Below are positions 1 to 12,600 of a stretch of 64,000 nucleotides of DNA, piece by piece. The notes below the pieces were generated by a model. The model saw nothing but the letters and a program-made list of their open reading frames with translations. It was not told the DNA's origin and made no database searches. Source of the stretch: Vicugna vicugna (lineage: Eukaryota); assembly GCA_013265495.1 (NCBI GenBank), contig MU058463.1:3827037-3891036 (forward strand). The letters run 5' to 3'. Position numbers and translations under genes: made by a program. Each line of letters starts with the position of its first letter. Position 1 is the stretch's first letter.

Positions 1-39
1 AGATTCTCCAGGATCATATGTCAACAGTAGAAAAAGCTG

Positions 40-258
40 TCACTTACCAAGCACTGAGCAAGTGTGAGGTACAGTAATAAATGCTTTACCTGCATTATTT
101 AATTTAATCCTTACCAATGCTCATTTAAGGTAGGGGCTGCTGCAAAAGAAGAAAACAAAGCTTTGGAGAGGCTAAACAACTTGCCCAAGCTCATACAGTA
201 AGATACAAGCTGGAATTCAAAGTCGCATCTCTAGGGCCCTTGCTCTTTAATTACCACT
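40..258 (-). mobile_element. MIR SINE fragment
   Basis: Reverse-complement MIR core motifs (tgctttacctgcattatttaatttaatcctta; gagaggctaaacaacttgcccaagctcatacag; ctcttta..ccact). Boundaries approximate. Confidence 0.75.
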
Positions 259-905
259 CAAAACTATTTTCCAGTTAATCCAAAACCTCTGTTCTCCAGT
301 CCTGCTGGCTCACCAGAGGACAATGCAGCATTTGCATTTTCTTAATGGTAAAACCAATGGTGAAACCAACATGAACCAGAAAAGAAAATGCTTTAACATC
401 AGGAAACCACATCATTTTAAAGGTGCTACAAATTAATGTTTCTAATAAAGCAGGGGCAACCAATATTGGTAGAGATTAGCAATCCTAATAGAATTAGCTT
501 TTCCTCCAAATGCTTAGCTCTGTTTTTCACTACTGCTCACAAGGGTTCTCCTGACAGAGCTGTCTCTGCATGTTTACCAAGGGGGAAGCAGGGCCCACTT
601 CTACTCAGACACCCTCAGAGTGAATCACCCTCAGAGTTAGTGAAGCTCTCTTCATCATCAGGACTCTTCCCACTTGTTGTTTCAGCTTAATGAATAAGAA
701 ACTTAAAGGAGAAGATACAGGGGATGAGGATTGAAGGAAAAATAACAGATTTTAAGATCCATCCATGGAGAAGACATTTCTAAATGCATTTGGGGAAAGG
801 AAATCAATAGTTTAACCTGACACTTACAAAATGAATTGAAACATTATCTTCCCCTCACAATGTCTAAAACTGAAGAATGATTCTGTAGTCCTTATTAAAA
901 GTAAA

Positions 906-1250
906 TATGTGGAGTCTAAAAAAAAAAATGATACAAAATCTATTTACAAACCCAAAACAGACTCACGGACATAGAAAACAAACTATGGTAATCAAAGGGG
1001 AAAGGGCGGGAGGGATAAATTAGGGGTTGGGGATTAACAGACACACATTACTATATATAAAGTAGATAAACAACAAGGACCTACTGTATAGCACAGGGAA
1101 CTATATTCAACTTCTTATAATAACATATAATGGAAAGGAATCTGAAAAGAAAAACTACATATGTATGTATATGTATAACTGAATCACTTTGCTGTATACT
1201 TGAAACTAAAATTGTAAATCAACTACACTTTAGTAAAAATTTCTTTTAAA
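906..1250 (+). mobile_element. LINE-1 3' end (cetartiodactyl-type 3'UTR), 5'-truncated
   Basis: End of ORF2 (tatgtggagtctaa), then the typical 3'UTR (acagactcac..catagaaaacaaactatgg; acaaggacctactgtatagcacagggaactatattcaa; actgaatcactttgctgta) and an A-rich tail. Possible TSD AGTAAATA at 900-907 and 1254-1261. Confidence 0.9.
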
Positions 1251-1980
1251 AATAGTAAATACAAACATCACTCTTAAAAGGCTATATCAAGACCAAAAAA
1301 GGCTTTAATTGGCCTTTTCTTGGGTCAAGAAAAGAATGTTGGTTTTAATTCTGTAATTTTTGAGTGTTTATGTCTAAGTGATATGAAATGTAGTTTTAAA
1401 ATTTCGACTTAAAAAACTTCTTGAGGAACAATCACTATGATGATCACTTGCAACTAATCAGAGCTGTTTAAAAAGTCATTAATTCCAACACAATTTCTAT
1501 GTTTCTTGTCATAATTCAGGTTGCCCCTAAATTCCCACCTAGCACAGAAAAGCTGTGTGTGTGTCTGGAAGAGAAAAAAAAATGATTTCAAGTTTTATAG
1601 GCTTTGGCTTTAGTCAATTTTTTTTCCTAGTGGCTCATCTAAAATAAAATAAGAAGAGTGGTACAAGAAAATTAGAAAATTCACCGAATGTTCCATTATT
1701 AAAACATCCCAAGTCAGAGGTCGATATTTTTGGTTTCCTAAATGTCAAAAGATCCTGTTAAAATCACTTATAGATTACAGCATAAGAATGGAAGGAACTA
1801 ATCTACCTAATGCATTTTCCTTGAAAAATAAAGACTGACATGGATGTTTAATAAGGTATAAATCAATAGCATTCAATCATTTTATATATTTTCAAACTAG
1901 GCAGACTGCTACTTTCCTGATTAAGAAATACAAAAGGACACTTGCCCTACCCCACAAAAAATCAAGGAGATGAGATAAAC

Positions 1981-2231
1981 CAGACCACCCCACACAGCTG
2001 TACATTTTGTGCACTACTTAAACACACCTGACCAAGTGGGTAAAATCGTTTAGAAATCTAAGCTTTATTTGCTTAACTGGACTCCGTGGCTCTCCAGAAG
2101 AGGCTCTCTGCAGGGTGAAGCATGTCAAAAAGAACACATATGCCCAGTGACTGACTTTTCCTAATTTATCCACCCAGGGGGAGCACGTTTTCTAATTTGT
2201 AAAAGGCCTAGTAGAGGCTGGTTGTGGCCTG
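1981..2231. mobile_element. hAT-Tip100 non-autonomous DNA transposon (MER91-like)
   Basis: Degenerate termini cagaccacccc...gttgtggcctg and the internal motif ggggagcacgttttctaatttgtaaaagg resemble MER91 (recalled consensus). Confidence 0.55.
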
Positions 2232-2739
2232 GTGAAAAGACCACATTCTTCACGGTATGCATTTTATTTGCTTAAGTTTAGAATTGCTTATGCTCAACTT
2301 CTTACATGGTTCATTCATTCAACAACTATTTATCAAGTCCCTTGAGTGTGCCAGACACTGATATACCCAGGAACAAACCATAGCACACCTGACCACAAGA
2401 AGCTTTTAGTCAAGGGACATGGAGACAAGTAACCAAAGATAACAATGCACAGTTACTTTTTGGTTTCTATGGGATCATATTCCTAAAATTATCATGACTG
2501 TCAAAACTGAAGCTGGCATAATTAAGATCTGGTAGAAAATATAGGATCTGGAAGGAATTCATTTCCAAAGCAAACCAGATTCCCCCATGTTAAAAAACCT
2601 GCCTCAACAGCAAACACTCCTCTGGACTAATTTTATACAATTATTCAGAAAACATTGCTGCATCCTGTGATCTGGAACACTGCAAAATTTCCTCCCAATT
2701 CCACAATTTGTGGATTCTCTAGTTCTAAAACAAACTCCA

Positions 2740-2882
2740 CCTTTTATTAGTGTATGAACTGGTCAGGATCTGTGCCTCAGTTCCTCACTTGTTTAATATG
2801 TCACGATAATACATTTACCTTAAAAAATTGTTCTGAGGATTAAATGAGATAAATCATATAAAGTGACTAGTACATAATAAAT
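2740..2882 (+). mobile_element. MIR SINE fragment
   Basis: MIR core: tctgtgcctcagttcctcacttgt...ttgttctgaggattaaatgagataa. Confidence 0.7.
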
Positions 2883-4517
2883 ATTCTACATTTTCTGCAT
2901 TTATTTTAAAGTTTGTCAGTCGAATATTGTGAGGAAGTTTGAACTGAATGGATGGTTTTTGGTTTCGGTTTTTGGAGGGATTTCTTATATTGTCCCTTGG
3001 TTTTATATTTTCCCATTTTCATAATTTTCAATAAAATTTTTATTTACCTCATGAGCCTTTCACAAGTATCATGGTAGTTGAGGACTGATTTTCTGACTCA
3101 AAAGAGCAGAGAATAACAGTAAAAATATTGATTCTGAAGCCATCCACGCCTGAGTTCAAACTCAGACACTCCTCAATTTGAATGCATCTGACATCAGGAT
3201 CATCTTAGAATTTCTGTGCATATATGAAGCTATATTTCCTTCTCTCTCTGAAAAGCTATTGTTAAACCATTTGTTTTTGTTTTGAGTTTTTTGTGTTTGG
3301 GGCTTTCTTTGCATTGTCTTGTTTTACTTTTATAAACTTTCATGTCTTAACATTTAGGAAACAGTAACTTGTGTAATGATAAGCAATTTATATAAACTCC
3401 TTAAAACGCTGTTTCTTCATCCATAAGACTATTTTACTCATAAACCTGTTCCTTAAAGTTGATATGAAAAGTAAATGAAATAATGTATATTACAGTGCCT
3501 GGCATAGTGCCTGGCACGTATTGAATGATTTATACATGTTAGCCATTAATAATTTGTATCCCCATTTTGCACTGAGAGGATGAAATATAAATAGATTCCC
3601 TTTCTCTTCAGTAAACCATAAAGTAGCTCCCAGAAGGGTCTATTGGGGGAGTCATTATCAGTGTCTTTTTTAAGGGAAACACATTAGAAGATCAGAAATC
3701 TCCAGTTTTGGCACTTATATGTTAAGTAGAGGATTGCTTTACTGTGGTGGCTATTTTGATAGGATGAGTAGAGTTCAAAGAAATTTGCAGATCAGCCCCT
3801 TGGAAATCATCTGTGGAAATCATTTTGGGGGAAGTGACTTCTGTTACTGAGACCTGAGGGATGAGCAGGAGTTATTGTGGCAAGTACAGGGGAAAGAGTT
3901 CTGCAAGGATGTGCCAAGTCCTGAAGGTGAGAAAGAGCAGATGTGTTAGAGACTAATCAATGCTGTTCATAAAGCTTTACTGTATTTACACAACACATTC
4001 TATAATTGACCGTAAGTAATGAATGCAATTGTTTCAAAATCAGGGGATCATTCTTAAATCATAAAACTTTAGATTTTGGAAGAACCTAGAGATCAAACTA
4101 AAGCCTTTTCTTTTTGAGATAAAGAAACCAAAGTTTAGAGATGAATGAAAGGGAAGAGAGAAGAGAGCTAACATGAAGGGCATCTATTATGTGTCAGACC
4201 AATGACATTATGCACATATAATAGATAAGGAGGCTGAGACATAAAGATTTAAATAACTCACTCAAAGCCATAGCTGAAACAAGAGTAGAGCCAGAATTCA
4301 AATCCAGATCTACAATCCTCCAGGTTCTAGGATCATTTTCACTATACCCTCTGGAACTTGCATGAATTTATTCACATGTGAATTTATCTTCACAAAAACA
4401 TTGTAATAGTTTACTTGTGTATTTATTTCTAAACTAGTCTGTAAGCTTCTTGGGAATCCTTTTCTATTTGTAACCACATATCCTGGAAGATAAATGAGTT
4501 CAATAAGCTATCAGATA

Positions 4518-4566
4518 ATGTATGTATGTATGTATGTATGTATGTGTGGATGGATGGATGGATGGA
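4518..4566. repeat. Compound tetranucleotide microsatellite (ATGT)7-(GGAT)n
   Basis: Directly visible. It accounts for the spurious ORFs 4429..4614 and 4522..4707. Confidence 0.95.
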
Positions 4567-6259
4567 AGGAATTTGAGAGATTTCTTGGATGGATTTGTAC
4601 AAGGCCCTATCCAATTATCTTTCAAGCATATTTTGATATTCTTAAGCATATTTCTAAGTCTAATTAGTCACATACATTTTAAAAAGTCTCTAAGAAATGT
4701 ACCATAATTTAAAATTTAACAAATAATAAGCTGCATGGTTCTGAATAAAGTAATAAGTGGCAGATTTGTGAATAGAAGCCCTACATAGTAAGTTCCTTGC
4801 AGACACAGCCCATGGCCAATTCATCCTTTTTCCCCTAACATCTAGCCTCTGAGCATATTTGGCAAGCATATACTGAAAGTCTAATCAGTCAACAGTTCTG
4901 ATTAGAGTCATGCATGATTGGCTCTTTAAATAACAGAAACAGTCCAATTCTGAAAATAACATTTTCTGGTGGACAAATAATTCTAGACTGATCCTTAAAG
5001 GAAGAGGAGGGCTACTGTTTTACCATACAAAAGACCCATAATTACTACCTTCATAGTGAGATTCCAATGATGCTATTGGATGTCAAATTAAATGTTGTTT
5101 ATGGGCAGAAATGACATGAATATATCTAACCTCTGGTACATACAGGGCACCAACTAGTCAGAACAGACACCATGACCCAGCAGAAGAATGCCTCAGTAGG
5201 TAAGGACAGATACCAGTGTAAATAACCAGTCAAATGCATAGTGTAGGACATGAACAACAGCCCTGCTCATAAGTCCTTGGAGATGAGGAGCAGAGATATG
5301 GTTAATGAGGAACACAGAGAGATCGATAAGAGGAAAGAGGGCCACAGATCTAGACTACAATGTGAGGACTTGTTTTGAGGAACAGGATACAGCACAGTTT
5401 CTAGCATTTAAGCACATAATCCATATGTCTTGTAGCAAGGCACAAGGGTTACTAAAAAGGCCGAGCAAAGATCAGATGCTTGCATATTTTGTGCTGGATA
5501 ACCTAAATGTTGACCTCAGAGGTGCTGACAAAGGATGGGAGTGGTCCAATGGTCTCCAGGGTTAAATCAAACTTGTAGGATGAGATTACTTGGCTTAGCA
5601 GTGGGGAAAGGAGAAAACCACTCGGACTCTGAAAACAATGTCATGTGTTTGCAGGGACGGCGTCCTTTCTTCTTTCCTCCTTTTGTTTTGTTTCTGTCTG
5701 AATTAGCTAGAATCAGTTTCTGTTCCTTGCAATCAAAGAATAATTGTTACATAAGATGTTGTGCCTTATTCCTGGCACAATCCCTATTAATTCTACCTAA
5801 GTTCATTAGCTCTTTGAAGAACCAAGTGCTTACTCTTTAGGTATTTCCTCAGGTGTTCATGTGATTGTGGATTTAGCTCTAAAATATTTCAATGCAAGAT
5901 ACTGGACAAGAACTACCTGAGCAGGATTTAGCAACATAAGTAACAGACTTTTTTCCCCATGGCTTTACATTGAAGAGACCATCGTCTGTTACTGACCACT
6001 GCCAAGTTCTAACACTCCACAGTCCTATCCTTTGGTTCAAGCTGCTTTTCTCCCAGAAATGCCCTTCCTACCATCTTCACCTGTAGAAAATATATTTATC
6101 CCCAAAAGACTGATTTAAACATCAGCTCTGCAAAGCCTTCCCTATTTCCCAAGATAGAACTAATCGCTCCACATCTGTGATTCCTGGCAATGTCACCTCT
6201 GTTGGAGCAGTGCCCTGATGTGCCTTGAACTGCAGATAATTGGATTCCTCAAAGAATTC

Positions 6260-6480
6260 ATCTTAGGTTACAGGGCTACAACAAATGTTAAAAGTTATAT
6301 TTATGACTCATTGGTATAAAAATGAGTAAGTTAATATTATACAGTAAAAGTTTCTTTGACCCCCAAAATTCATTTCTTTCTTCCAATTTCAAAAGAAAAT
6401 AAAAGATTTTCATGGACCTTTAAAAGCAGAGTGGACCCTTGGCACTGCACACACTTTGTCCAATGAGTAAGTTGTCCTTG
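6260..6480. mobile_element. Old hAT-Tip100 DNA transposon remnant (MER69/Arthur-like)
   Basis: Right end gtccaatgagtaagttgtccttg resembles the recalled terminus ..cctaatggataagtcggccctg. Left boundary uncertain. Confidence 0.35.
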
Positions 6481-6581
6481 TGTGCCTATGCTCTCATTTC
6501 AGCATTTTTCTCACTTATACAATCCATAGCCTAAAGGACTTCTTCGAAGGACAGGTTAGTTTCAGAATGTGGGATAGAACC

Positions 6582-7033
6582 TGTGGATGAAGAAAGTCAC
6601 CTGCCATATCAGTAAACAAAGGATGCTCCATCAGCCACTGCAGCCATCAGGGCTGTGCACCCAGAGGGGATTCAGGATGGAGAAGAGCAGGATTCTGGCC
6701 CTGGATAGTTAAGATGCACATCAAAGGAATGGTTTCAATGAACTCAAACTATTATAGCTCCTCAAACAAACAAAAAAAGTGCTAAATTCATTAACATAAG
6801 ATATCTGCTTTTCTTTACTTAATCTTAATCTTTACAGTAATCTTTTGATGTTCTGACTACCTGGTTTTTGTTGCAAAAACTCCTTTATAACCTGATTCCT
6901 CCCTTACCTCTTTGGAGCAGTCCCTCAGAGCTGTCTGAGAGGCTGTCTTCCTGTCTTTAGTCCCAGAAAGTCAGTTGAATAAAACGTAATTCTCAACTTT
7001 AAGGTTAAGCGCTTTTTTTTTTTTCATTTGGCA
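6582..7033 (+). mobile_element. Solo LTR, ERV1-like (cetartiodactyl type), 452 bp
   Basis: TG...CA termini; TATA-like tttataa at ~6885; AATAAA at 6978-6983; flanks AACC (6578-6581) / AACG (7034-7037), a 4-bp TSD with 1 mismatch. Confidence 0.8.
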
Positions 7034-7208
7034 AACGAAACTTAGGTAAAGGTAAAATGACTGAAGAATGCTTCAAGCGGGTTCTCTTTCTTAAAGGAGG
7101 CTTAATTGAATGATTCAAATATATAATGATTCTTTTTAAGAAGATTTTAAACTTATTGACAGTTTGCTAATTAAAAATTTCTCCAAAGAAATTTTTTTAA
7201 GATAGAAC

Positions 7209-7751
7209 TGTTAGGTAGTTAGATAAGTAGGGGCACCGGGCAATTACATGGAGGAGAGGGAGGATGGTCCAGAAGATGGCATTATGCCGGCCTCCAGCAT
7301 AAAGGGGCTTTACTTCTAAATGAGTGCCAGGAAAAATACTCGTTAGAACACGACAGCCACGACTGCAAGGTAGCAGAAAGGACCTAACTGGACATGACCA
7401 ATGTTCACTGCATTATAATTAACAGTGCAGTTTAGGCACCCACTATGGTTTTTTTCTGTGCACACCATGGGTAAAGACATGTGCAAAGGGGCCAAACATG
7501 ACTAAGCATTCCAGGGACAAGGGCTGTCAATCAAGAGACCACCTCTAAGCAAGGGTATAAGAGAAAGGGGAGACAAAAACCGCTGCTCTTCCTCCCTTGG
7601 ATCATCCCACCTCTCGTTCTTGGGGATGTACTTTTCCTTTCTGTTTAAATAAATCCTTTAAAATATTTCGCTACACAACACACCGTCTCCCAAATATAAA
7701 CTTGTCTTTTGGGTATGACAAGAACCGGGGTCTTTACCTTTTGGGGTAACA
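7209..7751 (+). mobile_element. Solo LTR, ERV1-like, 543 bp, relatively young
   Basis: Terminal inverted repeat TGTTA...TAACA; perfect 4-bp TSD GAAC (7205-7208 / 7752-7755); TATAA at 7556-7560; AATAAA at 7648-7653; 10 CpGs retained. Confidence 0.9.
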
Positions 7752-7859
7752 GAACTAGAGCTACTACAGGCATTTGCAGTCATTTGTTTTGTTTGGGGAC
7801 ATATCAATTTAGAGCAATATTTGACTTAATTTGAAATAAAATAACTATCCTTTGTATTA

Positions 7860-8080
7860 AGCTTCACAACTTATAAAGTACTTTCACACATATTACTCAT
7901 TTAATCTGCACGCCCAACCTGAAAGATTGCTATCCTTTATTTCTCCTTTGATAGGCAAGAAAAAAGAAGCCTCAGACAGGTTAAGTGACTTACCCAAGGT
8001 CACACAGCTGGTAGTGTAGTCTGGGACTCATGCCTAGTTTTTCTAATTCCAGAATCTCATATTCTTTCCACTACATCATG
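7860..8080 (-). mobile_element. MIR SINE
   Basis: actttcacacatattactcatttaatct...ggttaagtgacttacccaaggtcacacagctggtag is the reverse-strand MIR core. Confidence 0.85.
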
Positions 8081-8991
8081 CTGCCTATAGAAAAAAAAGC
8101 ATCTATATGAACACTTGATTTAAAATATTGAGCTCATATTTCTAAGTAGATTACTGTTCTTTTAGAAAACCAATGGCATTTCTGGAGATGTAATTATGTC
8201 GTGGGTTCAGTTCTAAAACATTTTAACAAGAAGATGATTGACAAAGTTTATTTTCAATGGAAGTCAAAATTAGCTGGACAATACTTTGAACTTACATAAA
8301 ATCTATGGACAACAAACTTTAGTCAAAATTATAATTAAATATGTCAGGAATATATAGATAAGCATATATTTTAAATTTCAAATTCCAAGCCTTTTCTCTT
8401 TGGGTTGTTAGATTTTCTTCCTTTCTCTTCTCAGTCACTTAAGCCTCACCTTGGAGGTAGACTTCCTTCAAACTTTCTTTTGGTAAACAATCTAAAACAG
8501 ACTTAACTGTGAGAGTTTTCTTTTATAAACTCCTTTGCTCCTGAAAGGGATAATTTCCTCACAAAGGAAACAAACGGAAGGAAGGAAATGGCATTGAGCA
8601 AGTCTGATATTGAAAAAAGGCAAAATTCTGTAATGCATGAAGGCTAACTCACACATTATCTAGAAAAAAAAATTAAGGCTATCAGAATTAGTCAGCACGG
8701 AAATTCATTCTTCACAAGAAAACTGAGCAAAACAAAGAATGAGATTTTAGAGACTTCAGAAGGACGTGCTGACCCAATGCCATACAATACACAAATTGAC
8801 TCTTTCAAGCTTAAATTCAGTAGTAGCTTCACAGTTCTAGGAACTAGTCTGACTGAAAAGAAATTATATTAAGCCAGGTTTGCAAGGTCAGGAAGTGAAT
8901 AATTGATTGATTGAATGTGAACATGTCATTTTGATTACCCACAGAAGAAAGGTCGGGAAATAGTTACAAGATTATTCAGGAATGCATTTCT

Positions 8992-10085
8992 TTTTTTTTT
9001 AAACATTTTTTATTGATTTATAATCATTTTACAATGTTGTGTCAAATTCCAGTGTTCAGCACAATTTTTCAGTCATTCATGGACATATACACACTCATTG
9101 TCACATTTTTTTCTCTGTGAGTTATCATAACATTTTGTGTATATTTCCCTGTGCTATACAGTGTAATCTTGTTTATCTATTCTACAGTTTTGAAATCCCA
9201 GTCTATCCCTTCCCACCCTCCACCCCCTTGGCAACCACAAGTCTGTATTCTCTGTCCATGAGTCTATTTCTGTCCTGTATTTATGCTTTGTTTTTGTTTG
9301 TTTGTTTTTGTTTTTGTTTTTTAGATTCCACATATGAGCGATCTCATATGGTGTTTTTCTTTCTCTTTCTGGCTTACTTCACTTAGAATGACATTCTCCA
9401 GGAGCATCCATGTTGCTGCAGATGGCATTATGTTGTCAATTTTTATGACTGAGTAGTATTCCATTGTACAAATATACCACCTCTTCTTTATCCAGTCACC
9501 TGTTGATGGACATTTAGGCTGTTTCCATGTTTTGGCTATTGTAAATAGTGCTGCTATGAACATTGGGGTGCAGGTGTCATCCTGAAGTAGGGTTCCTTCT
9601 GGATACAAGCCCAGGAGTGGGATTCCTGGGTCATAGGGTAAGTCTATTCCTAGTCTTTTGAGGAATCTCCACACTGTTTTCCACAGTGGCTGCACCAAAC
9701 TGCATTCCCACCAGCAGTGTAGGAGGGTTCCCCTTTCTCCACAGCCTCTCCAGCATTTGTCATTTTTGGATTTTTGAATGACGGCCATTGTGACTGGTGT
9801 GAGGTGATACCTCATTGTAGTTTTGATTTGCATTTCTCTGATAATTAGTGATATTGAGCATTTTTTCATGTGTCTTTTGATCATTTGTATGTCTTCCTTG
9901 GAGAATTGCTTGTTTAGGTCTTCTGCCCATTTTTGGATTGGGTTGTTTGGTTGTTTCTTATTAAGTTGTATGAGCTGCTTATATATTCTGGAGATCAAGC
10001 CTTTGTTGGTTTCATTTGCAAAAATTTTCTCCCATTCCATAGGTTGTCTTCTTGTTTTACTTCTGGTTTCCTTTGCTGTGCAGAA
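8992..10085 (-). mobile_element. Young 5'-truncated LINE-1 (~1.1 kb) with 14-bp TSD
   Basis: TSD AGGAATGCATTTCT at 8978-8991 and 10086-10099; short poly(A) (T-run to 9000); AATAAA on the minus strand at 9009-9014; G-rich 3'UTR tract; ORF2 C-terminus. Confidence 0.97.
9321..10085 (-). pseudogene. LINE-1 ORF2p C-terminal fragment (254 sense codons, no internal stop; includes the CCHC zinc knuckle)
   Basis: ORF track 9321..10040 (MEWEKIFAN...[18 protein letters not shown]...SLICGI). The frame stays open upstream to the truncation point ([15 protein letters not shown]). No EN or RT domain, so it cannot be functional. Confidence 0.95.
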
Positions 10086-10490
10086 AGGAATGCATTTCTG
10101 AAGTTTAAAAATATCTGTGTATAATTTTACTCTGAAATAAAAGTCAAATTAATTTCACAAATGTCTTGATTTTACATGTCTTACCACATGTTATTCTCTT
10201 CATTTGTGAAATGATTACAAATAATTATACTGTAAGTTTTTAAAATACACAACCCAATTTCATTTTACATTCTACATTCCTCAACTTTCATTAGAAAAAA
10301 TCCAAGTAAAATGTTCTGTTTCAGACTGATATTGAACCTAGTGCTTATACTTTGCCCAAGCCTACAGGTAGAAAGTAATTGAACTAAGCCGTTGGTAGAG
10401 AAAAAAATTCCAGGGCAGAAATCAAACAAGCAGTACAGTACCACTAAATTGCACTGAAAAGGGAAAGTGTTTCTATACACGTAGCCACAC

Positions 10491-11014
10491 TGTGGTAGAT
10501 TGTTTTGAAAGATGGCCACCAGCAATTCCTCTCATAACTATATGAGCATGTGCCTCTTCCCTTCAAGAAGGGGAAGCTGTTTCCCTTCTTCTGGGCTCTG
10601 GCCTGGACTTGTGATTAATTTTTAACCTATAGGATGTAGCAGAAGAGACAGACACTGTGAGAGTTCTGAGCTGAGTCTTTAAGAAATGTGGTAGCATCCA
10701 CTTTTGCTCTCTTGAAAACCAGCTGTCATGCTTTAAGGAAGACAGTCCCTACTGCTGGAGGAAGAGATGCACAAGGAGGAGAAGCAAGGTGCTCCAGACA
10801 CCCAGCCCACCCAGCTGAGGCACCATACATGTGAGTGAGGACTTTTCCATGCTCCAGACCCAGCTCAGCCACCATGTAACTACAGCCATGTGACCTCACC
10901 TGACACCACATGGACCAGAAGAGTTGCCAGCCAATCCATAAGCAAAATAACAAATTATTGTTTTAAGCCACTAACTTTTAAGATGGTTAGTTACACAGCA
11001 ATAGACAACTAAAA
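10491..11014 (+). mobile_element. MaLR LTR (MLT1G/H-like)
   Basis: Starts tgtggtagattg...gatggccacca; ends ttgttttaagccactaa..ttacacagcaatagacaact, both typical MLT1 termini. Confidence 0.85.
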
Positions 11015-11329
11015 TCCACTACAAAATAAAAGGAAAAATAATGAATGGCTTGAGAGTAGTAAGTGAATTTAAAATGAACTTTTAAAAAAAGCAATAAGAA
11101 GTAATAAATGCTAGGATAGACAGGAAAAGAATGGTAATAGAAAATAGCAAAGAAAAACAAGGAATGAGTCTGGCAGACCTGGTGATTTAACATCTAAGGT
11201 CATTTAAAACAAAGAAAAGGCAACAAAAAAAATCTTGAAAGTAAAAAGAAAAATAATTGTTCTGATAAAAAGAAAATTAGGTCACTTTTAGTAATAGTAA
11301 AAGAGCTTACTAGATGCACAAGGTTTAAA

Positions 11330-12600
11330 CAAAAAAATCTCTTTGGGGAAATCAGGAGGCTACCAAGGCAGCCGATACTTTAAAAGCCAAAATACCAGAG
11401 AGAAGAGAAGCTCGTTGATTGAACCCAACATTCCGCAGGACTGTTCCCCCTGGAGGAATTTGGTAACTCCTAAGCTATTTAAGACAGAGAGAGTAAGAAA
11501 TCAAGCAGAAGGCTAGAATCCTAAACCAAGCTTTAAATAGTCTCACTGCTGAAAAATTAGTCTGCTGTCCTCCAAGAAATAAGATCACTAGTAAATTTCT
11601 CACACCTCCAGTTACAAATCCAGAAGGATCATATTCTAAGAATAAATGTAAAACCAAAACAGACAAAAACCCTACCAAGGACTGAAACCTATCTTTGATT
11701 CAGCTCAGCCCCCGGGAGGACTGAGATTTTTCCTTAATTTAATTGCCAATGAAAAGGGGGAAAATCCTTTTTGGAAGAAGATAATATCCATAAAAGCTTC
11801 AAATTATCTCTACAATTTTTAAAAAACAATGTCTGATACTCAATTTAAAAAACTACTAGGCATGCCTATAAAGGACCAAATATCTACATTGAATAAAAGG
11901 AAATACAGACAATAGAAAAATAAATAGAAGAATGCACAGACAATGGAATCAGACCTACAGGTGATCCAGATATTATAGTTATTATATACAGTATTTTAAA
12001 TTGTTATAAATATATCCAAGACAATACATAACAAGATGGATAATTTCGCTAGAGAACTGAAATCTGTAAGAAATAATTAAATTTAAATAGAAATTCTGTA
12101 AGTGATACTACAATAATAAAATAACACCAATTAGACATATCAGAAGAAAGAACTAGAAACTGGAGGAAAGGTCTATAGAATATATCTACTGAAGCATGGA
12201 AAGAAAAAAATATTTACACACGCAGTAATGGGCACAAGTATATAGGACATAATGAAACAACCTAACATAATCATAAGTACACTAGAAAAAAGTGATGAGA
12301 GAGAAAGAGAGAGAGAGAAGAAGGGGAAATGGTGAGAGGGAGTGATGTAGAAGTAATATATGAAGAGAAACTGGCTGAGAAATGTTCAAAATTGATAAAA
12401 GACAAAAGTCAGACATTTAACAAACTCCATGAATCTCAAGCAGAACAAGAAAGTACCGAAGTACATTCTACTTAAAACCAAGGACAAAAGAAAAACCTTT
12501 GAAGGACACAGCAAAATAATCAGCTCCCTCAAAGAAACAACAAGATAGACTGACTTTACAACAGAGTTGATGAAAATCAGGTGACATGGAATGATCTATT
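11330..12600 (+). mobile_element. Ancient LINE-1 (L1M) 5'UTR/ORF1 remnant
   Basis: A-rich, degenerate ORF1-like sequence (gatggataatttcgctagagaactgaaatct; gtaatatatgaagagaaactggctgagaaatgttcaaaattg). Left boundary approximate. Confidence 0.7.

Noticed and set aside
600..665. Minus-strand ATGATGA followed by three CTGA motifs (C/D-box snoRNA-like)
   Set aside because: Two of the CTGA motifs come from a local 12-bp direct duplication (caccctcagagt at 610-621 and 626-637). There is no convincing terminal stem and no antisense element that I recognise.
6582..7751. Two LTRs as the ends of one deleted provirus
   Set aside because: The LTRs are dissimilar, each has its own TSD, and I saw no primer-binding site or internal retroviral sequence between them.
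9321..10040. 239-aa ORF as a host gene
   Set aside because: It is the L1 ORF2 C-terminus inside a TSD-bounded truncated insertion. The overlapping + strand ORFs (9039, 9823, 9933) are antisense L1 artefacts.
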